From: Candidatus Iainarchaeum sp.
GTDB lineage: Archaea > Iainarchaeota > Iainarchaeia > Iainarchaeales > GCA-2688035
NCBI GenBank assembly: GCA_017610175.1
Contig: JAFCCO010000018.1
Coordinates: 1 to 24,211, forward strand
Direction: 5' to 3'
Length of the DNA stretch: 24,211 nucleotides
The first letter of the stretch is position 1. Each line of letters starts with the position of its first letter. Below the pieces are notes generated by a model, which made no database searches, was not told where the DNA came from, and was given only the letters and a program-made list of their open reading frames with translations. Made by a program: the position numbers and the translations under genes. Shown one piece after another: positions 7,950-16,659 of the stretch.

Positions 7950-7963
7950 AAAAAGTGATTTGA

Positions 7964-8134
7964 ATGAAATGCCTTAGATGCGGACATACTTGGAAACGTA
8001 CTAAGTTCAGAGAAATGGTCAGCTTTGCATCAACTTGCCCAAAGTGCGGAAGCAGATGGCTGTTAAAAGGCATATTCGGTGGAGACCTGAGTTTTTTGGA
8101 TGCTCTCTTTGTATGGAAAAAAAAGCACAAATGA
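7964..8134 (+). CDS. Small zinc-ribbon protein, 56 aa, not in ORF track
   Basis: MKCLRCGHTWKRTKFREMVSFASTCPKCGSRWLLKGIFGGDLSFLDALFVWKKKHK: CxxCGHxW...CPKCGS. Confidence 0.8.
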   Translation: MKCLRCGHTWKRTKFREMVSFASTCPKCGSRWLLKGIFGGDLSFLDALFVWKKKHK

Positions 8135-8148
8135 ATACTTTTTTAACA

Positions 8149-8156
8149 TTTAAATA
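8149..8156 (+). promoter_or_regulatory. TATA box of the ABC exporter operon
   Basis: TTTAAATA ending 25 nt before ATG 8181. Confidence 0.6.
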
Positions 8157-8180
8157 TCCTTCTTCTCTTTGAAGATAAGA

Positions 8181-9176
8181 ATGACCAATGCAATTGAGGT
8201 AAAAAAACTTTCAAAACATTACAAAGAGCTTAAGGCGGTTGACGAAATAGACCTCTTGGTTGAAGAGGGAGCAATATTTGGTTTGCTTGGACCAAATGGG
8301 GCAGGAAAAACCACTTTAATTTCAATGCTTGTTACAATGAGAAGGCCTTCTTTTGGAACGGCCACAGTAAACGGGTTTGATATTAGGGAGAATCCTGGAA
8401 AGGTAAGGGAAAGCATTGGAATAGTTTTTCAGGACCAAAGCCTTGATGACGAATTGACGGCTTTGGAAAACCTTGAAATGCACGCCTCTTTGTACAACGT
8501 GCCAAAAAAAGAGAGGAAAAAAAGGATAAGGGAATTGACAGAGCTTGTAGGGCTTGAAAAGAATTTGAAAACAATTGTAAAAACCTTTTCAGGGGGAATG
8601 AAAAGAAGATTGGAGATTGCCCGCGGCTTGCTACACCACCCAAAAGTTTTGTTCCTTGATGAGCCAACTCTTGGCCTTGACCCTCAGACAAGGGCAGGAA
8701 TATGGCAGTATATAAAAAAGCTAAACAAGGAAAAAGAGGTCACAATTGTGCTTACAACACACTACATGGATGAAGCTGACAGTGTGTGCAGTAAGATTGC
8801 AATAATTGACCAGGGAAAAATAATTGCTTTGGGAAGCCCAAAGTCTTTGAAAAACAAGTTAGGTGGAGATGTTGTTTCCATAGAATGTGAAAAGGCAGAT
8901 TTGTGCCAGCAGGAACTTGAAAAGATTCCCTGGGTTAAAAAGGCAATAAAGCACGATGACTCTGTGGACGCAAGGGTTGAAAAAGGAGAGAAAAAAATCC
9001 CAAAGATTCTTGCAATGGCCTCAAAAAAAGGCATAAAGGTAAACTCTGTGAATTTAAGAAAACCCTCTTTGGATGATGTATTCATCCACTACACCGGCAA
9101 GACCATCAGGGAACAGGAGGCAAATTCCCTTGATGCAATGAGAGTGAGGAGAAAAATTTGGAGGCATAGGAGATGA
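8181..9176 (+). CDS. ABC-2 type exporter ATP-binding subunit (DrrA family)
   Basis: GPNGAGKTT, FSGGMKRRLEIARGL, FLDEPTLGLDPQTR, TTHYMDEAD, C-terminal PSLDDVF; start at ATG 8181 preferred over TTG 8169. Confidence 0.95.
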   Translation: MTNAIEVKKLSKHYKELKAVDEIDLLVEEGAIFGLLGPNGAGKTTLISMLVTMRRPSFGTATVNGFDIRENPGKVRESIGIVFQDQSLDDELTALENLEMHASLYNVPKKERKKRIRELTELVGLEKNLKTIVKTFSGGMKRRLEIARGLLHHPKVLFLDEPTLGLDPQTRAGIWQYIKKLNKEKEVTIVLTTHYMDEADSVCSKIAIIDQGKIIALGSPKSLKNKLGGDVVSIECEKADLCQQELEKIPWVKKAIKHDDSVDARVEKGEKKIPKILAMASKKGIKVNSVNLRKPSLDDVFIHYTGKTIREQEANSLDAMRVRRKIWRHRR

Positions 9177-9928
9177 ACAAAGAGCTTGAAAGTGTTTATG
9201 CACTGTGGAAAAGGGAACTTATAAGGTTTTACAGATCAAAGAGCAGGGTTATTGGAAGCCTTGGAATGCCGTTCTTTTTTCTTACAATCCTTGGAACAGG
9301 AATGAACAGCATTTTTACTGTTCCAAACGGGGGAAATTATTTGGAGTTTATTGCACCAGGCATTATTGGAATGGTTTTAATGTTTGGGTCAATGTTTTCA
9401 GGCATAATAGTGATTGTTGACAGGCAGTTTGGATTCCTGAAAGAAACCCTTGTTGCCCCAGTTAGCAGAACCTCCATTGTTTTAGGAAAGGCTTTGGGAG
9501 GGGCGACAACAGCCCTTGTGCAAGGCATAATAATAATGGTTATCGCCTCCTTTCTAGGAGTAAATTTCCAAATAGCAAACATTGCCCTGCTGTTGCTATT
9601 TATGCTAATGATTTCAGTAATGTTTGTTTCTTTAGGAATTGCAATAGCTTCCAAAATGGAGGACATGCACGGCTTCCAGATAATAATGAACTTTTTGATA
9701 ATGCCCTTGTTTTTCCTAAGCGGGGCCCTGTTCCCATTATCAACTGCACCAGAGCTTTTGAGAACGGCTTCAATGCTTGACCCATTGACATACGGCGTTC
9801 AGGGATTGAGGTTTATTCTTCTTGGCTACTCAGACATACCATTTGCACTGTGCTTTGCGGTAATAACAGGATTTACCATTGCATTCATTGCAATCGCAGT
9901 ATATGCCTTTAACAGAATAGAGGAATAA
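9173..9928 (+). CDS. ABC-2 type exporter permease (DrrB family)
   Basis: YLEFIAPGI, DRQFGFLKETLVAPVSR, FFLSGALFP, DPLTYGV; ATGA overlap with the ATPase gene. Confidence 0.95.
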   Translation: MNKELESVYALWKRELIRFYRSKSRVIGSLGMPFFFLTILGTGMNSIFTVPNGGNYLEFIAPGIIGMVLMFGSMFSGIIVIVDRQFGFLKETLVAPVSRTSIVLGKALGGATTALVQGIIIMVIASFLGVNFQIANIALLLLFMLMISVMFVSLGIAIASKMEDMHGFQIIMNFLIMPLFFLSGALFPLSTAPELLRTASMLDPLTYGVQGLRFILLGYSDIPFALCFAVITGFTIAFIAIAVYAFNRIEE

Positions 9929-10062
9929 ATCTTTTTGCGTAAATCCATTGCGCAGAGCCATGCCTAGGTCATCGTTGGCATTTATAGGCGATAATAAGTA
10001 GTTCGTATAGTTGTTGGCATGGGGGAAATAATTAAGTAATAGTTTGCAGTAATAATTAGATT

Positions 10063-10497
10063 ATGGGTTTTTGGCATAAGCATTCAGCAAAGGTTTTCAT
10101 TGTCTTATTTGTTTTGCTTAGTGCCCTAATTCTTTTTTTGGATGTAGAGGCAACTGTTTTTTTAGGCCTGACTTTTGAAGAAGAGATTGTTTTTCCTGCA
10201 ATGGGAATCCTGTTTTTGGCTTTCGGGCTACTTGTTTTGAATAAAAAGGTTTCAGGCAAATCAAGTTTGCTTGAGGAACTTTATGAAATGAGAGTGGCTT
10301 CAAAATTTTTTGGCCTGCTTTCGTTCTTCTTAATCGCAGTCGCACTTATTCTGGCCACTTTCCAAGACCTTTCTTTGTTCAATCTCACACCCATGATAAT
10401 TACAGAGAAAAGGATTGTTGCAATCGGAATGCTTTTGTCTATTCTGATTTTTATATATATCCACTCAAAAGAGATTCTGGTTGAGAGAAATGATTAA
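10063..10497 (+). CDS. Hypothetical membrane protein (about 4 TM)
   Basis: Four hydrophobic segments; overlaps the start of the antiporter gene. Confidence 0.75.
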   Translation: MGFWHKHSAKVFIVLFVLLSALILFLDVEATVFLGLTFEEEIVFPAMGILFLAFGLLVLNKKVSGKSSLLEELYEMRVASKFFGLLSFFLIAVALILATFQDLSLFNLTPMIITEKRIVAIGMLLSILIFIYIHSKEILVERND

Positions 10498-11665
10498 TGT
10501 CTTGCTTCTGTTTTTTGTTGTAGTTCTAGCCACTTTTGTTTTTGGGGAGATTTTTTCCAGGCTCAAGTTTCCACGCATAGTTGGACAGATAACTGCTGGC
10601 TTGTTTTTGGGTCTGCCTTTGTTTGCCGGACTCTTTCCAGCCGAAAACGAGGCAAGCCTGCTCTTGCTTTCCGAGCTTGGAATAATTTTCCTGCTGATGC
10701 TAACAGGCCTGGAAATAGACCTGAAAAAAATAAAAAAGAGCTCGAAGGACGTGATAGCAATCGCGGTCTCATCGGTCGCATTATCTTTCTGCTTGGGCTT
10801 TGGCTTTGCTCTAATAATGGGTTGGTCACTGATTATCGCTTTTGTTCTTGGAGCCTGCCTTTCCCTCACCTCAGAAGCAACAAAAGCGATTGCATTAATG
10901 CAGAGAAAGGTTCTGAAAACAAAACTGGGTGAAATAATGATTGTTGCCGGAACAGTGGACAACCTTTTTGAATTACTGTTTTTATCGGCTTTGCTTGTTC
11001 TTGTAGGAACAGGCGGAGTTCAAGCCCTTGTTTTTCTTCCATTTGAAATAATCGGGTTTTTTATAGCGGTCTTCATTGCACTAAAACTTATTCCTCGTTT
11101 CGTGGGACTTTTCAAGAGTGGTGGCGAGGACAAATACTTTACCTTAACTATTATTATTGGTCTTGGAATCGCGCTTTTGTCACAAGCGCTCTCCTTAGGA
11201 CCAATTATTGGGGCACTAATCGCAGGTATGTTATTGCAGAAGGCATTCAAGTCACAGGAAATAGAGCACGCAGTTGAAAAAAACCTAAAAATAGTTACAT
11301 TTGGGCTGGTTATCCCCTTTTTCTACCTCCAAATAGGACTAAACTTTGACCTGCAAACAATCGCTCTTTATCCTTTGATGGTTTTAACAATCCTGGCGCT
11401 AGGCTTTGCGGGAAAGATGGTTGGCACCTTAATGGTAAAACCCTTGACAAAACTCAAAACAAACCAGTTGATGCTCGTTGGCTGGGGAATGAACTCAAGA
11501 GGAGTCATCGAATTGGTCATAGCCGAGATAGCAAGGCAAAACATACCAAACTTTCCAATGGAACTATACGCTGCAATTGTCTTTATGTCAATAACAACAA
11601 CATTCGCTTTCCCAATCGCACTAAGATACTACCTGAAAAAGTATCCTGGAATAATGGATCAGTAA
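10490..11665 (+). CDS. Cation:proton antiporter (CPA2, NapA/KefB-like, no RCK domain)
   Basis: PRIVGQITAGL, ELGIIFLLMLTGLEID, GALIAG, PFFYLQIG, GKMVG, GMNSRG..ELVIA. Confidence 0.93.
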   Translation: MINVLLLFFVVVLATFVFGEIFSRLKFPRIVGQITAGLFLGLPLFAGLFPAENEASLLLLSELGIIFLLMLTGLEIDLKKIKKSSKDVIAIAVSSVALSFCLGFGFALIMGWSLIIAFVLGACLSLTSEATKAIALMQRKVLKTKLGEIMIVAGTVDNLFELLFLSALLVLVGTGGVQALVFLPFEIIGFFIAVFIALKLIPRFVGLFKSGGEDKYFTLTIIIGLGIALLSQALSLGPIIGALIAGMLLQKAFKSQEIEHAVEKNLKIVTFGLVIPFFYLQIGLNFDLQTIALYPLMVLTILALGFAGKMVGTLMVKPLTKLKTNQLMLVGWGMNSRGVIELVIAEIARQNIPNFPMELYAAIVFMSITTTFAFPIALRYYLKKYPGIMDQ

Positions 11666-11801
11666 AAAGGCATTTCCAGATCTAGACTTTGAAAGCAATC
11701 CAACATGACTTTTTTTGGCTTAATTTGAAAAAAACGGCTATTAGCATACGCCCCTACTTTTCAAAAAGATTTAAATGAAACAACAGCCAACAATTACTAG
11801 C

Positions 11802-12028
11802 ATGCAGAAAATCATTCAACCGCGAAAAGAAAAGTCCATTCACTCACTACAGTAACCGTAGTTTCCTACCTTATAGTACTCGTAATCCTAAAATATGCGT
11901 TCGGCGAACACTTTGGCATCACAGAAGCCCTAATCAGCGCAGCCATCTTTGGCATAGTCTTTTTCCTGACAAACTACTGGCGTCTAAAAAAAGAGCAAAA
12001 AAAAAGCTGGCTGATGCAAAATAATTGA
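11802..12028 (+). pseudogene. Small two-TM membrane protein gene with a frameshift right after its ATG
   Basis: Open frame 11804-12028 (AENHSTAKRKVHSLTTVTVVSYLIVLVILKYAFGEHFGITEALISAAIFGIVFFLTNYWRLKKEQKK...) has no usable in-frame start; ATG 11802 lies 25 nt after TTTAAATG (11770-11777) and would be in frame with one more G. Confidence 0.55.
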
Positions 12029-12056
12029 CTAATAAGAAAGTTAGGTTAAGATTAGA

Positions 12057-12233
12057 ATGCGCAAACACCAAACAGACAAGCAAATTGAAAACATCGCCTG
12101 CCCAAAATGTGGGCACCACAAGGTATGGGTCTTGCATGAAACGTACAGGCGTTGCACCAAATGCGGTTTCAGGTTTACACTAGAGCAAAAGCAGGGCAAG
12201 GACCTGTTTGGCTTCCTAAAAAAAGAAGGCTAA
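12057..12233 (+). CDS. Small zinc-ribbon protein, 58 aa, not in ORF track
   Basis: MRKHQTDKQIENIACPKCGHHKVWVLHETYRRCTKCGFRFTLEQKQGKDLFGFLKKEG: CPKCG-x13-CTKCG. Confidence 0.8.
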   Translation: MRKHQTDKQIENIACPKCGHHKVWVLHETYRRCTKCGFRFTLEQKQGKDLFGFLKKEG

Positions 12234-12256
12234 GTGGCTTGCTGTACGGCATTGTT

Positions 12257-14878
12257 TTAAGCCGGAACCCGCTTGATTACCTGCTTTGTTATGAATATTG
12301 CTGAGAACCAGCCGAAAACAGTCCCTGCAATCAGAATAACCCAGCTGAGCATGCCAAGTGCCTGCAGGCCAAGCAAGGCATTAATAGGAGAATAAATTAA
12401 CACTAGCAGTATTGCGAGTGATGCAAGCATTGCTGCCACAAGCCATTTGTTTGAGAAAAAACCAAGCTTTTCCTGCCACCTTATTACTGCAACTCTGTTG
12501 AATTCATATAGAATAAAAGCTGCGAATGCCATTGTTTGCGCGACTGCCAAGCCCTTTAGCGCCAGGCCAATGAAGAAGACTGCCAGGATGACTGCTGTTT
12601 TTTTGGTTCCAATTGCTGCAATCAGCCAAGCCAGCCTTTTGTTTATCACGCCTTCGCCTTTTTTCTTCGGTTTTTGTTGCATTATGTTTGCTGTTGGAGG
12701 ATCTGCCCCTAGGGCTAGTGCTGGCATGCCATCTGTGACAAAGTTTATTATCAGTAGTTGGATTGGAGTGATTGGCAGCACGCCAACCAGGGAAGCGGAG
12801 AATAGAACAAAGACTTCGGCAAAGTTGCTTGTGAGCAGGTAGTTTACGAATTTTCTTATGTTGTTGAATATTGTCCTGCCTTGTTTTACTGCATCAACTA
12901 TTGAGAGAAAGTTGTCATCAAGCAAAACTAGGTCAGATGCCTCTTTTGCTACATCTGTTCCCCTCAGACCCATCGCGATTCCCACATCAGCATTTTTCAA
13001 TGCAGCTGCGTCGTTGACGCCATCGCCAGTCATTGCGACAACATGCCCGTTTTGCTGCAAGGCTTTAAGAATCATTGTTTTGTGTTTTGGCTCGACTCTT
13101 GCAAAAATCTGCACTTCTTCAACTTTTTCCCTAAGCTCTTGTTCTGTCAAGGATTCTATATCCTGACCGTTCATAGCAATGGTTTTTTCAAACCCGATTT
13201 CTTTTGCGATCGCTTGGGCAGTTGCAACCTTGTCGCCTGTAATCATCTTAACGTCGATTCCTGCGTTCTTGCATGCTTTGATTGCTTCACGCACTCCTTT
13301 TCTTGGGGCATCGCTTATGGCAAGCAGGCCTAGGAACACCATGTCTTTTTCTATTTCTTTTTCTGCGACTGATGCCTCTGCCTTTTTGTAGGCAAAGCCA
13401 ATTACTCTCAGACCTCTGGAAGCAATTTCGTCTTCCCGCAACAAAATTTTTTCCTTTGCTTTTTTTGTTAAAGGTTTTTTGATTCCCCTTTCATCGTATG
13501 TGGTGCAGCAGTCGAGAACTGTTTCTGTTGCCCCTTTCATGAAAGCAATTTTTTCGGCCTTAAATTCGTGGATAGTAGTCATTCTTTTTCTTTCGTGAGA
13601 AAAAGCGATTTCTTTTAATCTTTTGTATTTTTTTTCAAGTATTGCCTTGCTGTGGCCGTGGTTTAAAGCGAATTCTGCAAATGCCACTTCTGTATAGTTC
13701 CCTGTAAACTTTCCGCTTACCTCTTTCACATTGTTGCAAAGAACACTTCCCTCCACTATTAAATCAAATGTTTTCCTGTACTGTTTTTCAATCGCAAGCT
13801 CTTTGTCCAGAGAGACGCTTTTGTCAAAGAACCACGCTTCCCTGACCTTCATTCTGCCTGCTGTCAGCGTGCCTGTCTTGTCCGAACAAATCACGTCAAC
13901 AGAACCAAGGCTTTCGACAACTGAAAGCTTTCTGACCAACACGTTTTTCTTAAGCATCTTTTTTGTTCCAATAGCAAGGGAAAGAGTTACGACGGCCGGC
14001 AATCCCTCGGGGATAGCTGCAACAGCCAAAGCGATTGAAATAATCAATATGTCAACCAAGTTTCCTGCGTGGACAAAGAGCTGAACGAATGCAATGAAGA
14101 CAATTATAACGATTATTTCCAAACCAATCTTTTTTCCAAGCGTGTCAATTTCTGTTTCAAAGATTGTTGGCTTTTCCTCGGTTGCCTGTAGTTGTCCAGC
14201 TATTTTTCCAACCTCAGTCCTCATGCCGGTTTCAACAACCAATGCCTCTGCTTTGCCCCTAACAGCCTTTGTGTTCATGTACAGCATGTTGCGCCGTTCT
14301 GCGAGAACGGTTTTTTCATCAAGTGGGGGCAAATTTTTGCTAACTGGCAGGCTCTCCCCTGTCAGAATTGACTCATCCACTTCCAGGCTGGCAGCAGACA
14401 CTATTTTGCAGTCAGCTGGCACAATGCTTCCTTCTTCAACAAGGATTACGTCGCCTGGCACTAGCTCCCTAGCCTCAACCTTGACCAGCTTGCCTCGCCT
14501 TCTCACGATTGCTTTCACTTGGGACATTTTTTTAAGTTGCTCAATGCTTTTTTCGGCCTTGAAGTCCTGAAAGAACCCAAATACGCCGTTCACTGCCACA
14601 ATCAGAGCAATTAGAGAGGCATCAACAATATAGTTGGTGTCATTTGACTGCATTCCGATGCCGAACAGGGCTATAGCTGCAATAATCAGGATGACGACTA
14701 GAACGCTTTTGAATTGCTTCAAAAAGATTGTCAGAGGGTTGATTTTTTTCCCAATTTGAATCACGTTCAAGCCAAAGCGTTTTTCCTTGTTCCTTGCTTC
14801 GGAAAAAGAAAGCCCTTCAGCCGAACTACCCAGCCTTGCAAAGGCCTCTGAAACATTTAAGGAATGCCATTTCACCAT
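12257..14878 (-). CDS. Cation-transporting P-type ATPase (P2A, SERCA/Ca2+-like)
   Basis: LTGES, AIPEGLP, CSDKTGTLT, KGA, MTGDGVND, LTSNFAE, INFVTDG; start at ATG 14878 or TTG 14884. Confidence 0.96.
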   Translation of the reverse strand: MVKWHSLNVSEAFARLGSSAEGLSFSEARNKEKRFGLNVIQIGKKINPLTIFLKQFKSVLVVILIIAAIALFGIGMQSNDTNYIVDASLIALIVAVNGVFGFFQDFKAEKSIEQLKKMSQVKAIVRRRGKLVKVEARELVPGDVILVEEGSIVPADCKIVSAASLEVDESILTGESLPVSKNLPPLDEKTVLAERRNMLYMNTKAVRGKAEALVVETGMRTEVGKIAGQLQATEEKPTIFETEIDTLGKKIGLEIIVIIVFIAFVQLFVHAGNLVDILIISIALAVAAIPEGLPAVVTLSLAIGTKKMLKKNVLVRKLSVVESLGSVDVICSDKTGTLTAGRMKVREAWFFDKSVSLDKELAIEKQYRKTFDLIVEGSVLCNNVKEVSGKFTGNYTEVAFAEFALNHGHSKAILEKKYKRLKEIAFSHERKRMTTIHEFKAEKIAFMKGATETVLDCCTTYDERGIKKPLTKKAKEKILLREDEIASRGLRVIGFAYKKAEASVAEKEIEKDMVFLGLLAISDAPRKGVREAIKACKNAGIDVKMITGDKVATAQAIAKEIGFEKTIAMNGQDIESLTEQELREKVEEVQIFARVEPKHKTMILKALQQNGHVVAMTGDGVNDAAALKNADVGIAMGLRGTDVAKEASDLVLLDDNFLSIVDAVKQGRTIFNNIRKFVNYLLTSNFAEVFVLFSASLVGVLPITPIQLLIINFVTDGMPALALGADPPTANIMQQKPKKKGEGVINKRLAWLIAAIGTKKTAVILAVFFIGLALKGLAVAQTMAFAAFILYEFNRVAVIRWQEKLGFFSNKWLVAAMLASLAILLVLIYSPINALLGLQALGMLSWVILIAGTVFGWFSAIFITKQVIKRVPA

Positions 14879-14910
14879 TTTCAACCAAATAAAACCATAA
14901 TGTTTCTTTG

Positions 14911-14926
14911 TATAAAATGTTTTATA
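14911..14926. promoter_or_regulatory. 7-2-7 palindrome at the ATPase promoter
   Basis: TATAAAA-TG-TTTTATA, overlapping the likely minus-strand TATA box; AT-only arms lower its significance. Confidence 0.35.
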
Positions 14927-14966
14927 TCCAAAAAAAGGGCGGGTTGTGGTTGCTAACAGGCATTAG

Positions 14967-14991
14967 TTTAAATATTGATGTTCATCAATAT
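14967..14991 (+). promoter_or_regulatory. TATA box and ArsR/SmtB-type operator
   Basis: TTTAAATA (14967-14974) overlapped by a perfect 9-2-9 inverted repeat ATATTGATG-TT-CATCAATAT (14972-14991), 5 nt before the arsR ATG. Confidence 0.85.
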
Positions 14992-14996
14992 GTTTT

Positions 14997-15272
14997 ATGG
15001 CTAAAAATAACACATTAAATGTTTTAAAGGCTCTTTCTGATAAAACAAGGCTTGAAATAGTTAGACTGCTTTTGAATGGAGAAAGATGCGTATGCCAAAT
15101 TTTCCCGCATGTTAAAAGAACGCAGTCAACCGTTTCAACTCAATTGGCAACGCTTGAAAAAGCAGGCTTGATTGAATCAAGAAGGGACGGAAAGAAGATT
15201 TTTTACAAAATAAAGGACAACAAAGTAAAAAAAATCCTTAAGGCTGCAGAATCTAAAGTAGAAGAAGATTAA
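14997..15272 (+). CDS. arsR: ArsR/SmtB-family metalloregulator
   Basis: KALSDKTRLEI, ERCVC alpha3 motif, QSTVS..L..L..AGLI..RRDG. Confidence 0.93.
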   Translation: MAKNNTLNVLKALSDKTRLEIVRLLLNGERCVCQIFPHVKRTQSTVSTQLATLEKAGLIESRRDGKKIFYKIKDNKVKKILKAAESKVEED

Positions 15273-15274
15273 GA

Positions 15275-16381
15275 ATGAAAGAAAAAAACATATTCATAAT
15301 AATTGCCGCTTTGTTTCTGGTATTTTACTTTATCCCTATCGGGAGCCAGTGGCTGGATAACGCACTACTAAGCGGTTTTTCATTACTGCATGAATATGCA
15401 ACACAACACATTCTCACCTGCCTTGTCCCAGCTTTTTTCATTGCAGGAGCAATCGCAGTATTTGTAAAAAAACAGGCAGTGCTGAAATACCTTGGCGGAA
15501 AAACAAAACCATGCATTTCCTATCCAATTGCTTCTGTTTCGGGCGCAGTTCTTGCTGTTTGCAGCTGCACAATTCTCCCTTTGTTTGCAGGAATCTATAA
15601 AAGGGGCGCTGGTCTTGGGCCTGCAATAGCATTCCTTTACTCGGGCCCTGCAATAAACATTGCAGCAATTTTTCTGACAGCAAGCGTTCTGGGCTTCAAA
15701 ATTGGGTTGGCAAGGGCGGTTTCAGCAATTGCTTTAGCTGGACTTGTTGGTTTGACAATGGCCTTTCTTTTTAAGGAAAAAAGCGCAAAACAAGAGATTG
15801 CAATAGAAGAAGAAACCGGACAAAAAACCTCAAAAACTTTTATGGGCTTGTTCTTTGCTTCAATGGTTGGAATCCTCATAGTGAACGGCCTGCAAATTGA
15901 TTTAACAATAAAATGGGCAATAATGGGTTTCCTAGCATTGATTACTATAGCAATTGTTTTGTTGAAATTCAAAACCAAAACAAGAAACGAATGGCTTTCA
16001 GAGACATGGAGCATAAGCAAGCTATTAATTCCATACTTGTTCATTGGCGTTTTTGTAGTCGGTTTTATTGAACCGCTTATCCCGGAACAACTCATAGTAC
16101 AGTGGGTTGGAGCAAACACAATACAAGCAAATCTCTTAGCCGCAATATTTGGAGCATTCATGTACTTTTCAACATTAACAGAAGTTCCAATAATGCAGGC
16201 GCTAATAGCAAAAGGAATGAACCAAGGGCCAGCCCTAACTTTGTTGCTGGCAGGGCCTTCACTAAGCCTACCTGCAATGCTTGTAATAAAAAGCGTTCTC
16301 GGAAACAAAAAAACAATCGCCTACATTGCAATAGTCGTGGTTTATTCCTCAATTGCAGGGCTAATATTTGGAATGATTTAA
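15275..16381 (+). CDS. arsP: ArsP/DUF318-family permease
   Basis: TCLVPAFFIAGAI, LAVCSCTILPLF, FLYSGPAIN, MYFSTLTEVP, LLAGPSLSLP. Confidence 0.9.
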   Translation: MKEKNIFIIIAALFLVFYFIPIGSQWLDNALLSGFSLLHEYATQHILTCLVPAFFIAGAIAVFVKKQAVLKYLGGKTKPCISYPIASVSGAVLAVCSCTILPLFAGIYKRGAGLGPAIAFLYSGPAINIAAIFLTASVLGFKIGLARAVSAIALAGLVGLTMAFLFKEKSAKQEIAIEEETGQKTSKTFMGLFFASMVGILIVNGLQIDLTIKWAIMGFLALITIAIVLLKFKTKTRNEWLSETWSISKLLIPYLFIGVFVVGFIEPLIPEQLIVQWVGANTIQANLLAAIFGAFMYFSTLTEVPIMQALIAKGMNQGPALTLLLAGPSLSLPAMLVIKSVLGNKKTIAYIAIVVVYSSIAGLIFGMI

Positions 16382-16392
16382 GGAGGGATTAC

Positions 16393-16620
16393 ATGAAGAT
16401 TAGAGTATTTGGAACTGGTTGCCCAAAATGCAGGTAACTAGAAGCAAACGTAAAAAAGGCTTTGGAAGAAACAGGAAAAAAAGCAGAAATAGGAAAAATA
16501 ACAGGCATAAACAAAATAATTGAAGCCGGAGCAATAGCAACGCCAGCACTAGCCATTGACAACAAAATAGTATGCAGCGGCCGCATCCCAGCAACAAAAG
16601 AAATCAAGAAATGGCTGTAA
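16393..16620 (+). pseudogene. Small redox-active disulfide protein (MTH895-like thioredoxin) with in-frame TAA
   Basis: GGAGG SD at 16382-16386; MKIRVFGTGCPKCR*LEANVKKAL...ATPALAID...SGRIP...KKWL*; TAA at 16435-16437. Confidence 0.88.
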
Positions 16621-16628
16621 ATCGTTAA

Positions 16629-16635
16629 TTTTAAG
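16629..16635 (+). promoter_or_regulatory. TATA box of the C/D sRNA
   Basis: TTTTAAG ending 25 nt before the predicted 5' end; TTTTAA conserved at the same offset in the 7899 copy. Confidence 0.6.
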
Positions 16636-16659
16636 ACATCATCACCATTGAGTACTGTA

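Noticed and set aside
7930-7990. Left repeat as a complete second C/D sRNA
   Set aside because: No CTGA D box or terminal stem at the proper distance, and the downstream part is Zn-ribbon coding sequence
9968-9999. Possible third degenerate copy of the att-like repeat (TCATCG...TAGGCGATAATAAG)
   Set aside because: Only about 12/15 match to the core start, a 3-nt gap is needed, and no aligned TATA box is present; indistinguishable from chance by eye
5495-16620. Stop-codon recoding (in-frame TAG, TGA and TAA in the DUF5320 relic and thioredoxin)
   Set aside because: All three codons terminate genes elsewhere in the window, and the affected region has other decay lesions
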